A DNA stretch of 63,882 nucleotides, the filler included, from Thraustochytrium aureum (lineage: Eukaryota), in NCBI GenBank assembly GCA_012862495.1. It is 5 parts of 4 records of this genome, joined end to end, with 100 filler letters (N's around TTAATTAATTAA, not from the genome) between each part and the next. Parts side by side here need not be neighbours in the genome. Positions count along the whole stretch, not along the records: positions 23,805 to 50,271 come from BLSG01000353.1; 4 more parts are not named here. One strand, written 5' to 3'. Under the pieces are notes generated by a model. The model saw only the letters and a program-made list of their open reading frames with translations. It had not been told where the DNA came from and made no database searches. The translations under genes and the position numbers were made by a program. Positions 23,810 to 36,202 of this stretch are shown piece after piece; the first letter of the stretch is position 1; the number at the start of each line of letters is the position of its first letter.

Positions 23810-24027
23810 CCTCGCGAGCGCCGCGCAGTCTCCTCGGCGTCGTCGCGCAGGTCCACGGCAGCGCAAGATGGCAAGTGATCATCAACAAAACTATCTATTC
23901 CAAGCTCAATTCGTTAAAGCCCACCCACATGGGCTGCGCCCAGCCACAGTCAAATGAAACCTCGCGAGCGCCGCGCGGTCTCCTCGGCGTCGTCGCGCAG
24001 GTCCACGGACGGCAGCGCAAGATGGCA
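23810..24027 (+). repeat. ~65-bp direct repeat (23810-23873 and 23960-24027)
   Basis: CCTCGCGAGCGCCGCGC.GTCTCCTCGGCGTCGTCGCGCAGGTCCACGG...CAGCGCAAGATGGCA occurs twice, differing by one substitution and a 4-bp indel. Confidence 0.85.
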
Positions 24028-24342
24028 CGTCGCGCCGCGGGCAGATGATCGATCATTTCCCACCCCAAAGCCCAACCAACTTGAAAACATTCGCTGTTCT
24101 CCTGGTCGCAGACCCTGATAGCGCCTCTGCGGCCGCCGCGCTGCCGGTCGAGTTGGCCTGCAGAGCCGATTGGCGCCGCGTCCTGCCCGCGTCCCCTACT
24201 CGAGAGCGCGTTTGATCGTGGCGCGCGGCGGCGTTGGGCCCTGGCCCGAGCGAGCATTGGGCGCATCCCGGCACGATTCCTGGGCTTGCCTGCCTCGCGG
24301 CGGCCCACGGCGCGCGAGCCAGCGCCGCGGCGGGCGCGGACG

Positions 24343-25452
24343 ATGCAGTTTGCTGGGTCCACGCAGGCGACGGAGTGGACGTTTTCGGATGCGAGGCTAG
24401 GTGAGTTGCTGCGCGGCGGTCGCGCAGGCAGGCAGGCAGGCAGGCAGGCGGGCGGGCTAGACTGCCAGGCAGCCACGCGCTAACGAAAGGCGCGCGCGGA
24501 CGTGGCAGACGCGATCCGGGAGCGGGTGCGCGCGGAGACGCTCGCGCGGCTCGACAACCTGGGCAAGCTTGAGGAGCTCGGGCTGGAGCGCTTGAGCCCC
24601 GAGGAGGAATGCGGCTGGCAGATTCTTTACCTTAGCCTGATCAAGCGGTTGTGCCGGATGCCGCAGCTCAACGCGGTGCTGGAGGTCCCCGAGATGAGCG
24701 CGAGGCTGTTTTGGACCGCAGCGAGCTTGTTCAAGCGGTTTTACTTGCTCCACTCGTTCATGGAGGAAAACCCTGCGGTGATGTCGTCGGTGGCCATCTA
24801 TGTCGCCGGCAAGGTGGAGGAGATCCCGCTCAACGGCGCGCTGCGCGGCATCCGCGTGGACCGGCTGGCCAAGCTGGCCAAGCTGGACGAGAGCCTCATC
24901 ATCGACAACGAGATCCGCTTCCTCAGCGGAATCAAGTTTGAGATGATCGTTTTCCACCCGCTAGAGTGCGCGCGCCTCAACGAAGCGCTGCTCCAGCAGG
25001 CAGTCGCAAGTGGCCAGCTCGCCGCGCCAGAGGGCTTTGTGGACAGCCTCTTGGCCTCAGCGTCCCGGCTCTTGGAGAAAACGCTCAACACTGACGCCGC
25101 TCTCAAGCTCAAGCCCCCAGTCATCGCTTACGCTGTTTTGATCATCGCGCTCGAGGACGCGGGCAACGAAAACGGCGGGCAGCTTGACGTGCCGGTCGAG
25201 TCCCTCTTGTCTTGCGTTGTGCCAGAGGTGGCCAGGAATAAGCCCGGGCTCGTGGAGGGCCTGGGCGCCGCTGCTGCGACCTTGCGCGCTGACATGGCTC
25301 GCGCTGCCGAGCTTGCAAAGGCCGTCGACAAAGCGAACCGGTCAGAGTCGCTGAAGAAGTGGGCTGCGTGGTGGAACTCGGAGTTTGAGGCCTCGCGGAA
25401 GCGCAAGCACGTCGGAGACGACACGTCGTCCCCGTTCAAGGGCGGTGCGTAG
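24343..25452 (+). CDS. CCNH: Cyclin H-like (intron 24401-24508)
   Basis: Exon 1 MQFAGSTQATEWTFS resembles the cyclin H N-terminus. Cyclin box TAASLFKRFYLLHSFMEENP...YVAGKVEE and E...L..IKFEMIVFHP follow. The intron is GTGAGT...CTAAC...CAG and in frame. Confidence 0.82.
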
Positions 25453-25977
25453 TGCAGTTCCGCGCTAGCCGAGGTCGAGTTTGTGCTTTCTTGCCGCCAG
25501 GTCGACGCGGAACGAGCGGCAGCTCGCAGAGCGCTCTCAGATCACTGCGCGACAGGCCCAGCCGCACGACGGCGGCCGCTAGCCGCCGAGGAGTGCGTCG
25601 GGGCAAAGCAGGTGCTCGCACAGCGCGCCCCGTGGGAGGTTGCGCGGTCGCGCGAGGCGCCTCAAACGACCCTGGCCCGCTCTATCTGGCCCGCGACGGC
25701 GGACGCTGGCACCCTCTCGCTGGTCTGGCCAGATGGAACGAAAGCGCGGGGGCTGCCTGCAGCAAGGTCGTTTGTGGCGCGGTGCGCGCAGCACAGTCCA
25801 ATTCAAAGAGCTTTCATTCCTAGCTAGCGTCAGCGCGCTCGTTCCGGACAGCGGCCCCGGTGGTGCCCGCTGAGCGAGCGACCATCACCAACTCTAGACC
25901 TAGAAAGTGGGCAACAAAAAGGCGGCGGGCATCACATCACGCGCGCGCGGCGATTACCTAGCTAGCTCGTCCCAGAC

Positions 25978-26900
25978 TCAAAAGATCACATCGCTGTTGT
26001 CGCCGCCGGCGTAGCCAGAGAACACGTCGGTGCCCTGCGCTCCGCTCTGCGCGTCCGCGACGTCGTCAGGGGGCGGCGCGTCGTCCGACATGGCAACAAC
26101 CTTCTTGAGGCGAAAAAACTCCTCGCGCTCCATCTCGTCCAGCTCCTTGCCGATGTAGGCCACGGTGGCCTCCATGCGCGGGATGACGACGTGCTCGAGC
26201 GCGTTGACGCGCCGGTTAGTCACCTTGAGCGCCTCGTCAAGCGTGATGAACGAGGTCTGCAACGAGGCGAGTTTCACGAGCTTGAGGATGAGGCCCNNNN
26301 NNNNNNNNNNNNNNNNNNNNNNNNNNNNNNNNNNNNNNNNNNNNNNNNNNNNNNNNNNNNNNNNNNNNNNNNNNNNNNNNNNNNNNNNNNNNNNNNNNNN
26401 NNNNNNNNNNNNNNNNNNNNNNNNNNNNNNNNNNNNNNNNNNNNNNNNNNNNNNNNNNNNNNNNNNNNNNNNNNNNNNNNNNNNNNNNNNNNNNNNNNNN
26501 NNNNNNNNNNNNNNNNNNNNNNNNNNNNNNNNNNNNNGTTGTCGCCCGTGCGCTCGAGAAAGTTCTCGTTAAACACGGGCAGCTTGACACCGGCGACGTT
26601 GTCCTCGGACGCGAACACGCGGATGCTTGCCTCTTTGACGTCGCAGATCACGTCTTCGCGAAACTCGCCCGCGCTGTAGTAGGCCGACGCCAGCGAGATG
26701 AACGACTCGGGCATCATCTTGGCCACTTCGACCTTGGCCGCCTTGATCTCCGCGAGCAGCGCGCGAAACCTGGCCTTGAGCGCGTCGGCCTTCTTCTTCA
26801 GCAGTTCGTACCCTTTCTGCGCGCCCTTCACCTTGATCTTGTACGTCTGCTGGTTCATCCGCGTCGCAAACACGCCATCGATCTTGCCTTGGTTCGCCAT
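25978..26900 (-). CDS. ATP6V1D: V-type H+-ATPase subunit D (interrupted by gap)
   Basis: [59 protein letters not shown] and [15 protein letters not shown]. Confidence 0.96.
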
Positions 26901-27348
26901 CCCGCCGCCGGCGGTCGCCCCGCCCCACGAACGCGCGACGCGCTTCGAGTTGCAGCAAACGCCGCACAGGCCTCACGCGCGCGCTCTTCCAGCCAAGACC
27001 TGGCCAGTACCGCAGCTGCCCAGCGCAGACCTGTCTGCGCGCGGACCGCCAAACCGCCTGCGTGCGCGTACGCCTATTCGCCCCTGGCGCCTGCGAGCGC
27101 GTACGCCTAGTGCCCTGGTGCCTGCCTGCCTGCAAGCCTGCCTGACTGCCTGCTCTGCCTACGTGTCTGCTGCTCTGCCTGCCTGCCTGCCTGTCTGTCT
27201 GTCTGTCGCAGGCCCCTCTCGCGTTTATTTTATTTGGTTTTTTCTTCATTTTTCCAATTTTTGTGTTCCAATTTTTGTTTTCTTCATTTGGTGGTTTTTG
27301 TCTCTTGGATTTATTTATGATTCCCTCTTTACCTATTCCCTCTTAGCA

Positions 27349-27425
27349 AGGAAGCAAGGAAGTAAGGAAGGAAGGAAGGAAGGAAGGAAGGAAGGAAGGA
27401 AGGAAGGAAGGAAGGAAGGAAGGGA
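27349..27425 (+). repeat. (GGAA)n microsatellite
   Basis: Long near-perfect GGAA run. Confidence 0.95.
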
Positions 27426-27967
27426 AACTGGTTCCTCTTCGTTTGGTCGTGTGTGAGGTGGTTTGTTGTTGTGCCATCATGTGTGANNNNNNNNNNNNNN
27501 NNNNNNNNNNNNNNNNNNNNNNNNNNNNNNNNNNNNNNNNNNNNNNNNNNNNNNNNNNNNNNNNNNNNNNNNNNNNNNNNNNNNNNNNNNNNNNNNNNNN
27601 NNNNNNNNNNNNNNNNNNNNNNNNNNNNNNNNNNNNNNNNNNNNNNNNNNNNNNNNNNNNNNNNNNNNNNNNNNNNNNNNNNNNNNNNNNNNNNNNNNNN
27701 NNNNNNNNNNNNNNNNNNNNNNNNNNNNNNNNNNNNNNNNNNNNNNNNNNNNNNNNNNNNNNNNNNNNNNNNNNNNNNNNNNNNNNNNNNNNNNNNNNNN
27801 NNNNNNNNNNNNNNNNNNNNNNNNNNNNNNNNNNNNNNNNNNNNNNNNNNNNNNNNNNNNNNNNNNNNNNNNNNNNNNNNNNNNNNNNNNNNNNNNNNNN
27901 NNNNNNNNNNNNNNNNNNNNNNNNNNNNNNNNNNNNNNNNNNNNNNNNNNNNNNNNNNNNNNNNNNN

Positions 27968-30900
27968 GGCTCGCTAGCAAACACAGCACGGCTGCTGCGC
28001 ACAACCTGGTCCCGCACAAGAGCTTCAAGCTCGCTGTAGAGGAGAAATCCGTCCTTGTCCTGGTCAGCTGCGTCAAAACGCTCACAGAGCGCAGCCAAGG
28101 ACGCCGCGCTGAGACAAACCGTTTCAGGGGACCGCGTGCCAGCCTGTGGCCTCGTCGAAGGCTGCTCGCTCGGCTTGGAGACCGCAACACGGCCGCGGCC
28201 GCGAGCGGCAACATCGGAGGCGGCCCCCGTCTCGCTCGCCTGGCGCTTCGCCCGAGCAAACGCGACGAGGCCAGACCCGTGCAGGAGCCCAGCTTCTAGG
28301 TAAACAATCAGAAACAGACCAAAGCAGAGGTGCTCTATGATGAACGCGGCGATTGAGCGCGTCTTGAGCGACAGCGAGTCGCACCCCGCGAAATCGGCGA
28401 CGAGGAGCTCCTCGACAACAAAGGCACCGTTCCCCTCGAACGAGCCCACAATGCCGCAGTTGGGCTGGCCGTCCCAGCCAAACACGCGAGCAAGCTGGTC
28501 CAGGCCGCCGGTCGTTAGCGCAAACTGAGCGCTGACAACCGGGACGCCGAGAAGACAAGTCACGTACACGGTGGTCAGCCACTCGCCCGGCGTCTTGAGC
28601 GCTCCGAGGGGCACGCCACGCCGGCAAGCAAAGAGGATCTTGTAGCAGCTCCCACGAAACGCGAACAAGAGCCTGATGCTCGCGGCCAGCGGCAGCAGGC
28701 CCCACGCGCTTGAAAACATGGACAAGTACCCAAGCTGCAGGATCAGCGTGAGGTACTCTTCGTTCTCGTCGTACTTGGGCAGCACCGACTGCGCAACGAT
28801 CTCCGCCGCATCGAACTCGTTCTCGTCCGGCGTCTTGGTGTAGTAGTGCAGGTGCCCGCTCATCAATGGTACCTCGAAAATGCTGGCCTCGACTTCCCGG
28901 AACAGCTGCATCGCTGCGCAACCAGCTTGCGCCGGACTCGCGATCGCGCTGGGAGTGGTTTTTGGAAGTTCCTGCTCCACCGTCTGATCGGTGCTGTCTC
29001 TGCGCCGCGGAAGGTCCATGCGGGCGAGGTTGTCCACGGCCGCAGCCGCAGCCTGCGCAATACGGGGCACGGCGAGGGCCATCTGGCGGCGGCGCACCTT
29101 GGCCTTGAGCGAGAGCCGCGCAACGATCGAAGGCACGAATGTGTCGATGATAAAGTTGATGAGCGCTGTCGCCACCATCGGCGTCACGAACGCCTCGTCG
29201 AGCTGGACTTTGCCCGGGCGAAACCCCCATGGCGCAACCGTCATGGCGTAGCCCGCGTCGATGAGCCAGCTCTGAAGCCGCTCACCAAACGGCACGTACA
29301 CGAAGGTGAGGGTAAGGTACCAAAAGAACATGTTGACCCACACGAAGAAGAACTGTTTGCGAATCAGGTACCGCGTGTAGTCTTCCAAGTACAGATGACT
29401 TTCCAGATGGGTGAGCCAGGCCGTAAACTTGCGAAACAAGGCCGTCTGAAACACGTCCAAGATCAGGCCCATGGCCACACCTTGTAAGAGGATGTACATC
29501 CACCGATCGGTGCCCACTGTCGCGCCCTGCTGCGCAAAGCAAGTTCGCCACATTTTGCACGAATCTGGCGCTGCACGAATGTCCAGTGGATAAGATTTCG
29601 TCTCCAGAACATACTCTTTAAAGCACTTTGGCGGCCACAGTTCCTGCGGGACTTGCGTCATGGGCACCGTGCCGTTGCCGATTCCGCTGGAAAGGAAAAA
29701 GTCGCAGCACTCGCACGTCGGCGCCATCTTGCCGTAGACGTACCACTGGGTAAACGCCAAGCTCACGGGGACCAGGGCGAGGACGTTGAGCACCACAAGC
29801 GCCGCCGTCGCGCTGTTGACAAGCAAACGCCGCTTCAGGAGCTCCTCCCGGGTGCGTTCCATCTCGCGCCTCGTCAAGTGCGGGTTGGGCACGTTTGCCA
29901 GTGGGCGAAGTGCGTGTGACGCGTTCCACTGTTTGGAAAGGTCCTTGAACCGCTGCATCCATGTGTGCGCAAAAAGAGGGCCCCAAACGCAGCAAATGCA
30001 AATGCCGAGCAAGCCCGCCGTCACCTGGTACGTGCTCCAGCTCGTGAACCGTATTACGAAATAGTTTAGCGTGGCCACGCAGGTCAGCCGAAGCACCCAC
30101 AGGCGATAGAGCAGCAGAAACTCGATGTATGTGGTGACTCGGTCCCCGAAGTGACGCCGCAGCTCTTCCACCTCCATCACCGCCGAGTCTTGAATCAGCC
30201 ACTTGTCCCAAAAGTGTTTGAGGCGCGGGGCAGGCTGCCTTCTTCCATTCCCCTGCGGGTCGCTGATCAGGGTGGCGCCTGCTAGGACGTTGTGCCGCGT
30301 CAGCTGTGCCATGAACCGTATGTTCCACTCCTCGTCCTGAAGCGGAAAGACAACTTGGACAAGATCCTCCAGTGGCGTAGACCGCTCGCCGCCGTTGATA
30401 ATGTCAAACTCGCACAGCACGCCTTGCCTGTCGATGTTGATCTTGTCCATCGCACGCTGCACGATGCGGTTCGTTAGTGCGACCTCCTCGGCCGGGGACA
30501 GTGGAAACTGCTCCTCAACCCAGTGACCGCCAGGTGTCACCTTCAGCGAGTCGACAGGTGGTGTATGTTTGCCTGCTATTGTGTCGAGCATCGCTTGCTG
30601 CTCCCGCGCACGCTCTTGAATGAGGACCTGTTTTGACCTGTTTTTGCGAATGCGGGCGGGTTGAGCGTCCTGGCCCGTGCCGACCAGCCCGGGTAGATCC
30701 TCCAATGAGCGCGCGTTGCTTTCTGCGGTTTCGCCATCCAGTGTTACTCCTGCGGCATCAACCAAGACAACGATCTTGTCGGCAGCAAGGCCGCTGTTCT
30801 CCATGATGCCTACTTTCAGCCCCTCGCTCAACAGGGCCCCTGATCATGCGGCGGTGGAGGGCGAACGCGTCCTGCACCCCGCCCCCCGCGAGGCACGTCG

Positions 30901-31021
30901 CAGAGTTGATCCTGTTTCGCGTGTCATTATTCAGCACAATCGCCATCGAGTAGGCGAGCCCGACGCGGGCCTTCGGGTCCACGTCCTGGCCCTGCGCGGG
31001 GTGGACCTGGACGTGCGACAT
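27968..31021 (-). CDS. Anoctamin/TMEM16-family protein with C-terminal EF-hand (probable frameshift near 30838; 3' end in gap)
   Basis: VFPLQD, LRRHFGDRVTTYIEFL, LTHLESH...KQFFFVWVN, EEYLTLILQLGYLSMFS and IIEHL. EF-hand loop DQDKDGFLLYSE. Removing one base in a G run links the upstream MSHVQVHP... frame to IRALLSEGLKV. Confidence 0.85.
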
Positions 31022-32449
31022 GCCGCTAAAGCCTTGCTTTCCACTCTGGTCCGCCCGCCGGTCGTCCAGGCATCTCCGGGGCTGGCGTCGGCGCGGAGCT
31101 TGGTCGGCGCGCACGCCGAGCTCCTGTGCGAAGCCGCGAAGCCGCGAGCGAGCGCCAGAGCAGAGCCTGCTCGACTCGCCGCTTCTCGCCAAAAGTCAGC
31201 AAGTGAGTAGGTACTCTACTCGCCTTGTGGTACTGAGTACGCCACTCCGTCGCACGGGCATACTCGCGGATGTGCTCCCATGGTGATGTCCATCGCTCGA
31301 TGCCCATGCAGCGAGTAACGGTAACACAACGTAACGGAACTGTCCTCGAGCGCCCGTCACAAGCCAACATTTCGCGCTCGCACGCTGGCCGACGCTCTAG
31401 CTGGCTCTAGAGAGAGGCTCGGCGGGCTTTGGCCGTGGACGCCAACGAGCTCTAGAGCCCGTGCCGATTTGTTGTGCGGCGGCTGGGTTTTGTGCAGGTC
31501 ATCGGAGTCGGTCTGTGCAATGCCGTGGCGGTGGAGCTCTGCGCGCGCAAATACCTTGCTTGCTACCCGCTGTCCGTGCGACAACGCGCTAGCTGAGTGA
31601 CGCGTGCTTCGACCGGCTGCCGCAGGGGCTTGCTGGCTTTCCTGCAGGATTGTTTCTAGTTGCAACTCGGCGTCGACTCGCAACGAGGTGCAAATGGCAC
31701 GCCGCCAGCGCGTTGAGACGACTCTTGCGACCGCAACGCGTCGAGGAGCCGCTCGCGACGGCCCACGCCGGCCAGGGCGAAGCTGGAGCTGCGGGACTCG
31801 ACGCTGCTCGCGCACTATTCGTGCCATTCGAGGGCTCGCGACTGGGGCCAGGACAACGCGTTCGTTCGATTCGCTGCGGCTGTCCACGCCCCGCACGTCG
31901 CGATGCAGACCTCAGCACGAAGCTCTGCAAGGCGGCCCGCCGCTGACCCGTCCAGGCAGATGACGCTTCACGAGCAAGACCAGGGCAGGACAAAGCCAAA
32001 ATCGACTCGGCGCGCCGCCCAACTATCCCGCGGGAGCTTCACGAACCTCCCAGCTCGCCACGACCGACGCCCTAGCGACAAGCGCGAAATCGCGGTCGAG
32101 GATCGCGCGGTTTTCCACGCGGCAAGGAACACCTGGACTCGACCATCATGATCTCGAACGCTGCTTGTTTTGGCCATGTTTTCTCCTTGTCGAGCCCGCG
32201 TGCACGAGTAGACAGACTTGCAGACTACTTCGGTACATTCCACGCGTGGACGCGAACGGAGAGCCCGAGCCCGTAGCGCGGCGCGACAACGCTACGGCCA
32301 GGCCGCGCACGCTGCGCTCGGTTTCTTGTGCTGGTTGGCCTCGCGGCGCGATCTGGAGGGCCCAGGCTGGCATTTCGGCCACATTTCGGCCACAATCGCG
32401 GTCGCGCGCGCTTGCGCCAGACTGCGCTTCCGCGCGCAGACGAGCCGCG

Positions 32450-33940
32450 ATGGACGGCCTGCTGCACCAGCCTGTGCTCGCCGTTGCCCTGCTCGAGCTC
32501 CTGACCTGTGCCGACGTTTGCAGCCTGTTTCGGACGGCGCGGTGGGTGGGCGAGTGTCTTGGCGAGGAGCACGTCGGCGAGGTGAGGATCGCGGCCGGGC
32601 CGTACGCCAGGCTGACGATTTGGGCGATGTACCTGCAGCGCGACTTCAAAGTGGGCCCGCACATGCTGGAAGGTGGGCTGGTCAGGATCCAGCGGGCGGC
32701 CGAACGAGAAGGGTTTGACCCTCCAACCTTGGACCTTGCTATCGCGTCCCCGATACGCTGGGCCTCGTTGCAGTGCCTCGCCCGGACATGTCGCGCTGTC
32801 GCTATGCCTCCTGCGCTGTGGGGGAATTTTGCGAGCGACCTGCACCGAGCTGCTGTGGCTTGGCGCTGCTTCGAGAGCAGTTTCCGTGCAGCTGGCGGGA
32901 CGCCGCCTGCCAGTGGAGCTCTAGCGGACCAACTAGTGTTTGCACCCGGCATCACGGCCACGTTTCCAGAATTTATCGATGCGCACAAGCATATAGCTTG
33001 CTGTCGCAAGCCGGGGGAAGCTCTACGCTTGCGCGGCGAGGCCGAGGGATTCGGGTCCGAGCTGCTCGGGTATTTCGCGCTGCTCCTGTTTCATGCGAGC
33101 CAACACCTGAACCAGCCCGGCGTGTTCGGGAGCGCAGGTGCCTACGACATCCTGCAAGAGAATGTATTCGACCCTGCTGTTACCGAGAGGGGAATACGGC
33201 TGTTTCGGCCGTCCCACCGGGCCACGGTTCTGGAGGAAGGCGTGATCAGCCCAGTCGTGGAGAACGGGTTTGCGTACTTGCTCGACCTTCGCTCTCGCCC
33301 TCCGAGGTTCTCGAGCAGCTCGCCCTCGGCATGTGGCGTACTTGGCTGGTTTGAGTACTTTGTCAATCGCGTCCACTCGGGGGTCTATTCAATCCAGAGC
33401 GCGCCGGGCGGGCAGAAGCGCCTCTCGCTTTTCCCGCAGAAGGGGCAATGTTTCAGCGACACGGTGACGAATGGGGTGCGAGTCACAATATCCGTCTGCC
33501 GGCTCCCTAGCGCGCCCTTGCGGTGGGCCTACCAAATCACGCTCTTTCTCGTCGCGGGTGAGGAGCGAGACTATGAAACGTGCCAACTTTGGAACCGAAG
33601 CTGGAGCATCGAGATGGAGACCCCAACCTCGCCCTCCACGCGCGAGACGGTGCAGGGTCCGGGCGTAATTGGCCAGTTTCCTATTCTGGGTCTCTCTGAG
33701 GCAGGCGAGCCTGTTTATCGTCCATGCGATGACCCTCGCAGCGCGTTCGAGGAGGACTGGGAGCCGGGGTATTTTCAGTACGAAAGCGGCACGTCTGGCC
33801 CGAGCCCTTCGCGCGGCTTTTTTGATGGCCACTTTGTCTTTGTTCCTGGTACAATCGCGTCGCCGACGGGCGCGCCGTTCAACGTCCGCGTGGGCCGCGT
33901 TGAGCTGCAGGACGAGTGCCTCTATCTCCCGGCCGCCTAG
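32450..33940 (+). CDS. ApaG-domain protein, SKIP16/FBXO3-like
   Basis: C-terminal ApaG motifs: TVTNGVRVT, WAYQITL, CQLWNRSWSI, VQGPGVIGQFPIL, FQYESGT and GHFVFVPGTI. Confidence 0.8.
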   Translation: MDGLLHQPVLAVALLELLTCADVCSLFRTARWVGECLGEEHVGEVRIAAGPYARLTIWAMYLQRDFKVGPHMLEGGLVRIQRAAEREGFDPPTLDLAIASPIRWASLQCLARTCRAVAMPPALWGNFASDLHRAAVAWRCFESSFRAAGGTPPASGALADQLVFAPGITATFPEFIDAHKHIACCRKPGEALRLRGEAEGFGSELLGYFALLLFHASQHLNQPGVFGSAGAYDILQENVFDPAVTERGIRLFRPSHRATVLEEGVISPVVENGFAYLLDLRSRPPRFSSSSPSACGVLGWFEYFVNRVHSGVYSIQSAPGGQKRLSLFPQKGQCFSDTVTNGVRVTISVCRLPSAPLRWAYQITLFLVAGEERDYETCQLWNRSWSIEMETPTSPSTRETVQGPGVIGQFPILGLSEAGEPVYRPCDDPRSAFEEDWEPGYFQYESGTSGPSPSRGFFDGHFVFVPGTIASPTGAPFNVRVGRVELQDECLYLPAA

Positions 33941-34315
33941 CTAGCGCCGAGGAGAAGCCTCTCGGTGGAGAGCTAGAGCATCTGTTGAGGGCCGTGCCGC
34001 GCGGAGGTTTACCAGTCGTGCAAGGTCAAGGTTAGTGGGGTCGAGGCGGTCTACAGGCTGTCCTGTCTGCTGTAGACGCATGTTCGAGGCGCGCTCTCTC
34101 TCTGGAGCTAGAGTTAGAGCTTGCGCTTGCGCGTTTGGCAAGCCGCGCTTCGGTCGACCTGCTCTGCGAATTCGCGCGGCACGGCCGAGAGGCCTTCGCT
34201 CGCTGCAACCCAAGCCAGCGCGCAGGCGAGGTGAGAGATCGTCATTGCAAGAAATATTTCGTTGATTACTTTACCGACGGCGAGAGCATGACTCGCACGT
34301 TGGGAATCACGAAAC

Positions 34316-36202
34316 CTATTTGCCCTTCTTGCCCTTCCCGCCCTTCTTGGCCCAGGTCTTGCCATACTCCGGGTTGTGCTCGTAGCCGACGGAGGCGATA
34401 AGCTCGTCGGCCTCCGGCGGGCCGCGCGATCCAAACGCGTACGGCAGGGGCTTGATGCCGCCCTCCTCGATCTTCTTGAGGAGCGGCGTGACGATCTCCC
34501 AGGCGGCGAGAAGCTCATCGTCGCGCACAAAGGTGGCCTGCTTGCCGCGCAGCACGTCTAGAATGAGCCGCGTGTATGCGTCGTAAATCTTGAGGCCCTC
34601 GTAGCGATCGTGGTAGGAAAGGTCGAGCTCGCTCTGCGAGATGGTGGTCGTGAGCCCGGGCGCCTTGACGTTGGTCTTCATGTAGATAGCCTCGTTGGGC
34701 TGCAGGCGGATGACCAGCTCGTTGCGGGGCACGTGCTGGCCGTCAAACATCGACGACGAGCCGGGGGGCTTCTTCAGCTGGATGCGCACGTCCGCGCGCC
34801 GCTCGTTGAGCGCCTTGCCGGCCTTCATGATGAAGGGCACGCCCTCCCAACGCTTGTTGTGAATGTACATGACGATGCACGCATAAGTCGGCTGGTTGGA
34901 ATCCTTGGGGACGGTCTCGTCGTCGAGGTACCCGGGCTCGCCGTTCGCGGCAGTGTACTGGCCCAGCACGCAGCTACGAGCGGTCGCGGGCAATATCGCA
35001 ACAAGAGCGGAACGCGTTAGCGCAGGGAGGCTCAGATCTCCAGCAAGAGCGAGGCCTGGCAGAAGACAGTTGCCCCTGGCCGCCGCGCTTCCCGTTACTT
35101 ACTTTTCGATGGACCACGGCTCGATGCAGCTCAGCACCTTGACCTTCTCGTCACGCACGTAGCGGCTGTAGCCCGGGCCAGTGGCCTTGACCGGCGGCTC
35201 CATCGCGACGATGCTGAGCACCTGCATGAGGTGGTTTTGCAGAATGTCGCGGATGATGCCCGACTTGTCGAAATACCCGCCGCGACCCATGGTGCCAATG
35301 TCCTCCTTGAACGAAATCACAACGCTGCTGACCGTGTCGCGGTTCCAGATGGGCTCGAGGAACGCGTTGCCGAACCGCAGCGTGATGAGGTTCTGCACCA
35401 TCTCTTTGCCGAGGTAGTGGTCGATACGGTACAGGTAGTCCTCGGGGAAGATGGCACCAAGGTCCTTGCCGAGCTTCTTCGCCGACTCGGTGTCGTGCCC
35501 GAAGGGCTTTTCAACGATCAGGCGGTTGAACCCGCTGGCAGTGAGAGCGCCGTCGTGCACAGCCCGCGCCATGTCCAGGAAGGTGGTCGGAGGCAGTGCA
35601 AAGTAGAAGACGCGGTTGTTCAGGTCCCCGGGGCGGATTTCGTGCAGCTCCAAGATCTCGTCGCTGACGCGGCCAATGTCCTTGGCGCTGTCGTACTGGC
35701 CGCTGCGGTAGTAGCAGAGGTCGAGGAACTTTTCCACTTGCTCCTCTGAGCCGTGCTTGAGAAGCCAGGGCTTGAGCTTGTCGCGGAAGTCGACATCGTT
35801 CATCTTGGTTCGGGCGTAGCCAACGATGAGCGTCTTGTTGCCGAGCGCATAGTCCTCGAAGAGTCCCAGGAGAGCCGGGCTGCAAAGTCCGCGCACTTTG
35901 GTCAGCTTCCGCTCGGACCGCCTGCTTTCCCAGCGGCGGGCGCCCGCGCAAGCACTTACTAGGTCTTCTTCTTCGCCAAGTCCCCCGAGGCCCCGCATAC
36001 TTTGCTCTCGACAAGTCAGCAAACCGCGCTACGTCAGCAACCCGTTCGCCGTCCGCAAGGTCGCGCCACCTCTGCGGGAGTCAACCATTTGCTTCCTGCG
36101 CATCAGCACGAGCATCCCGCACTCACCGACGATCGTTAGAGGCTGATCAATCCAGGGCTCATCCTTGGCGTTCAGGAACGACTTGTTCGCCCCCTTGTCC
36201 AT
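34316..36202 (-). CDS. G6PD: Glucose-6-phosphate 1-dehydrogenase (exons 36202-36127, 35999-35960, 35879-35103, 34973-34316)
   Basis: The spliced sequence gives LTIVVCGASGDLAKKKTYPAL, EKPFG, RIDHYLGKE, GRGGYFD, RDILQNHL and RWEGVPFIMKAGK. All three introns are GT-AG and preserve frame. Confidence 0.97.

Noticed and set aside
25455..25827. Open frame directly after the cyclin H stop
   Set aside because: No ATG and no family motif. It cannot be distinguished from 3'UTR without transcript data.
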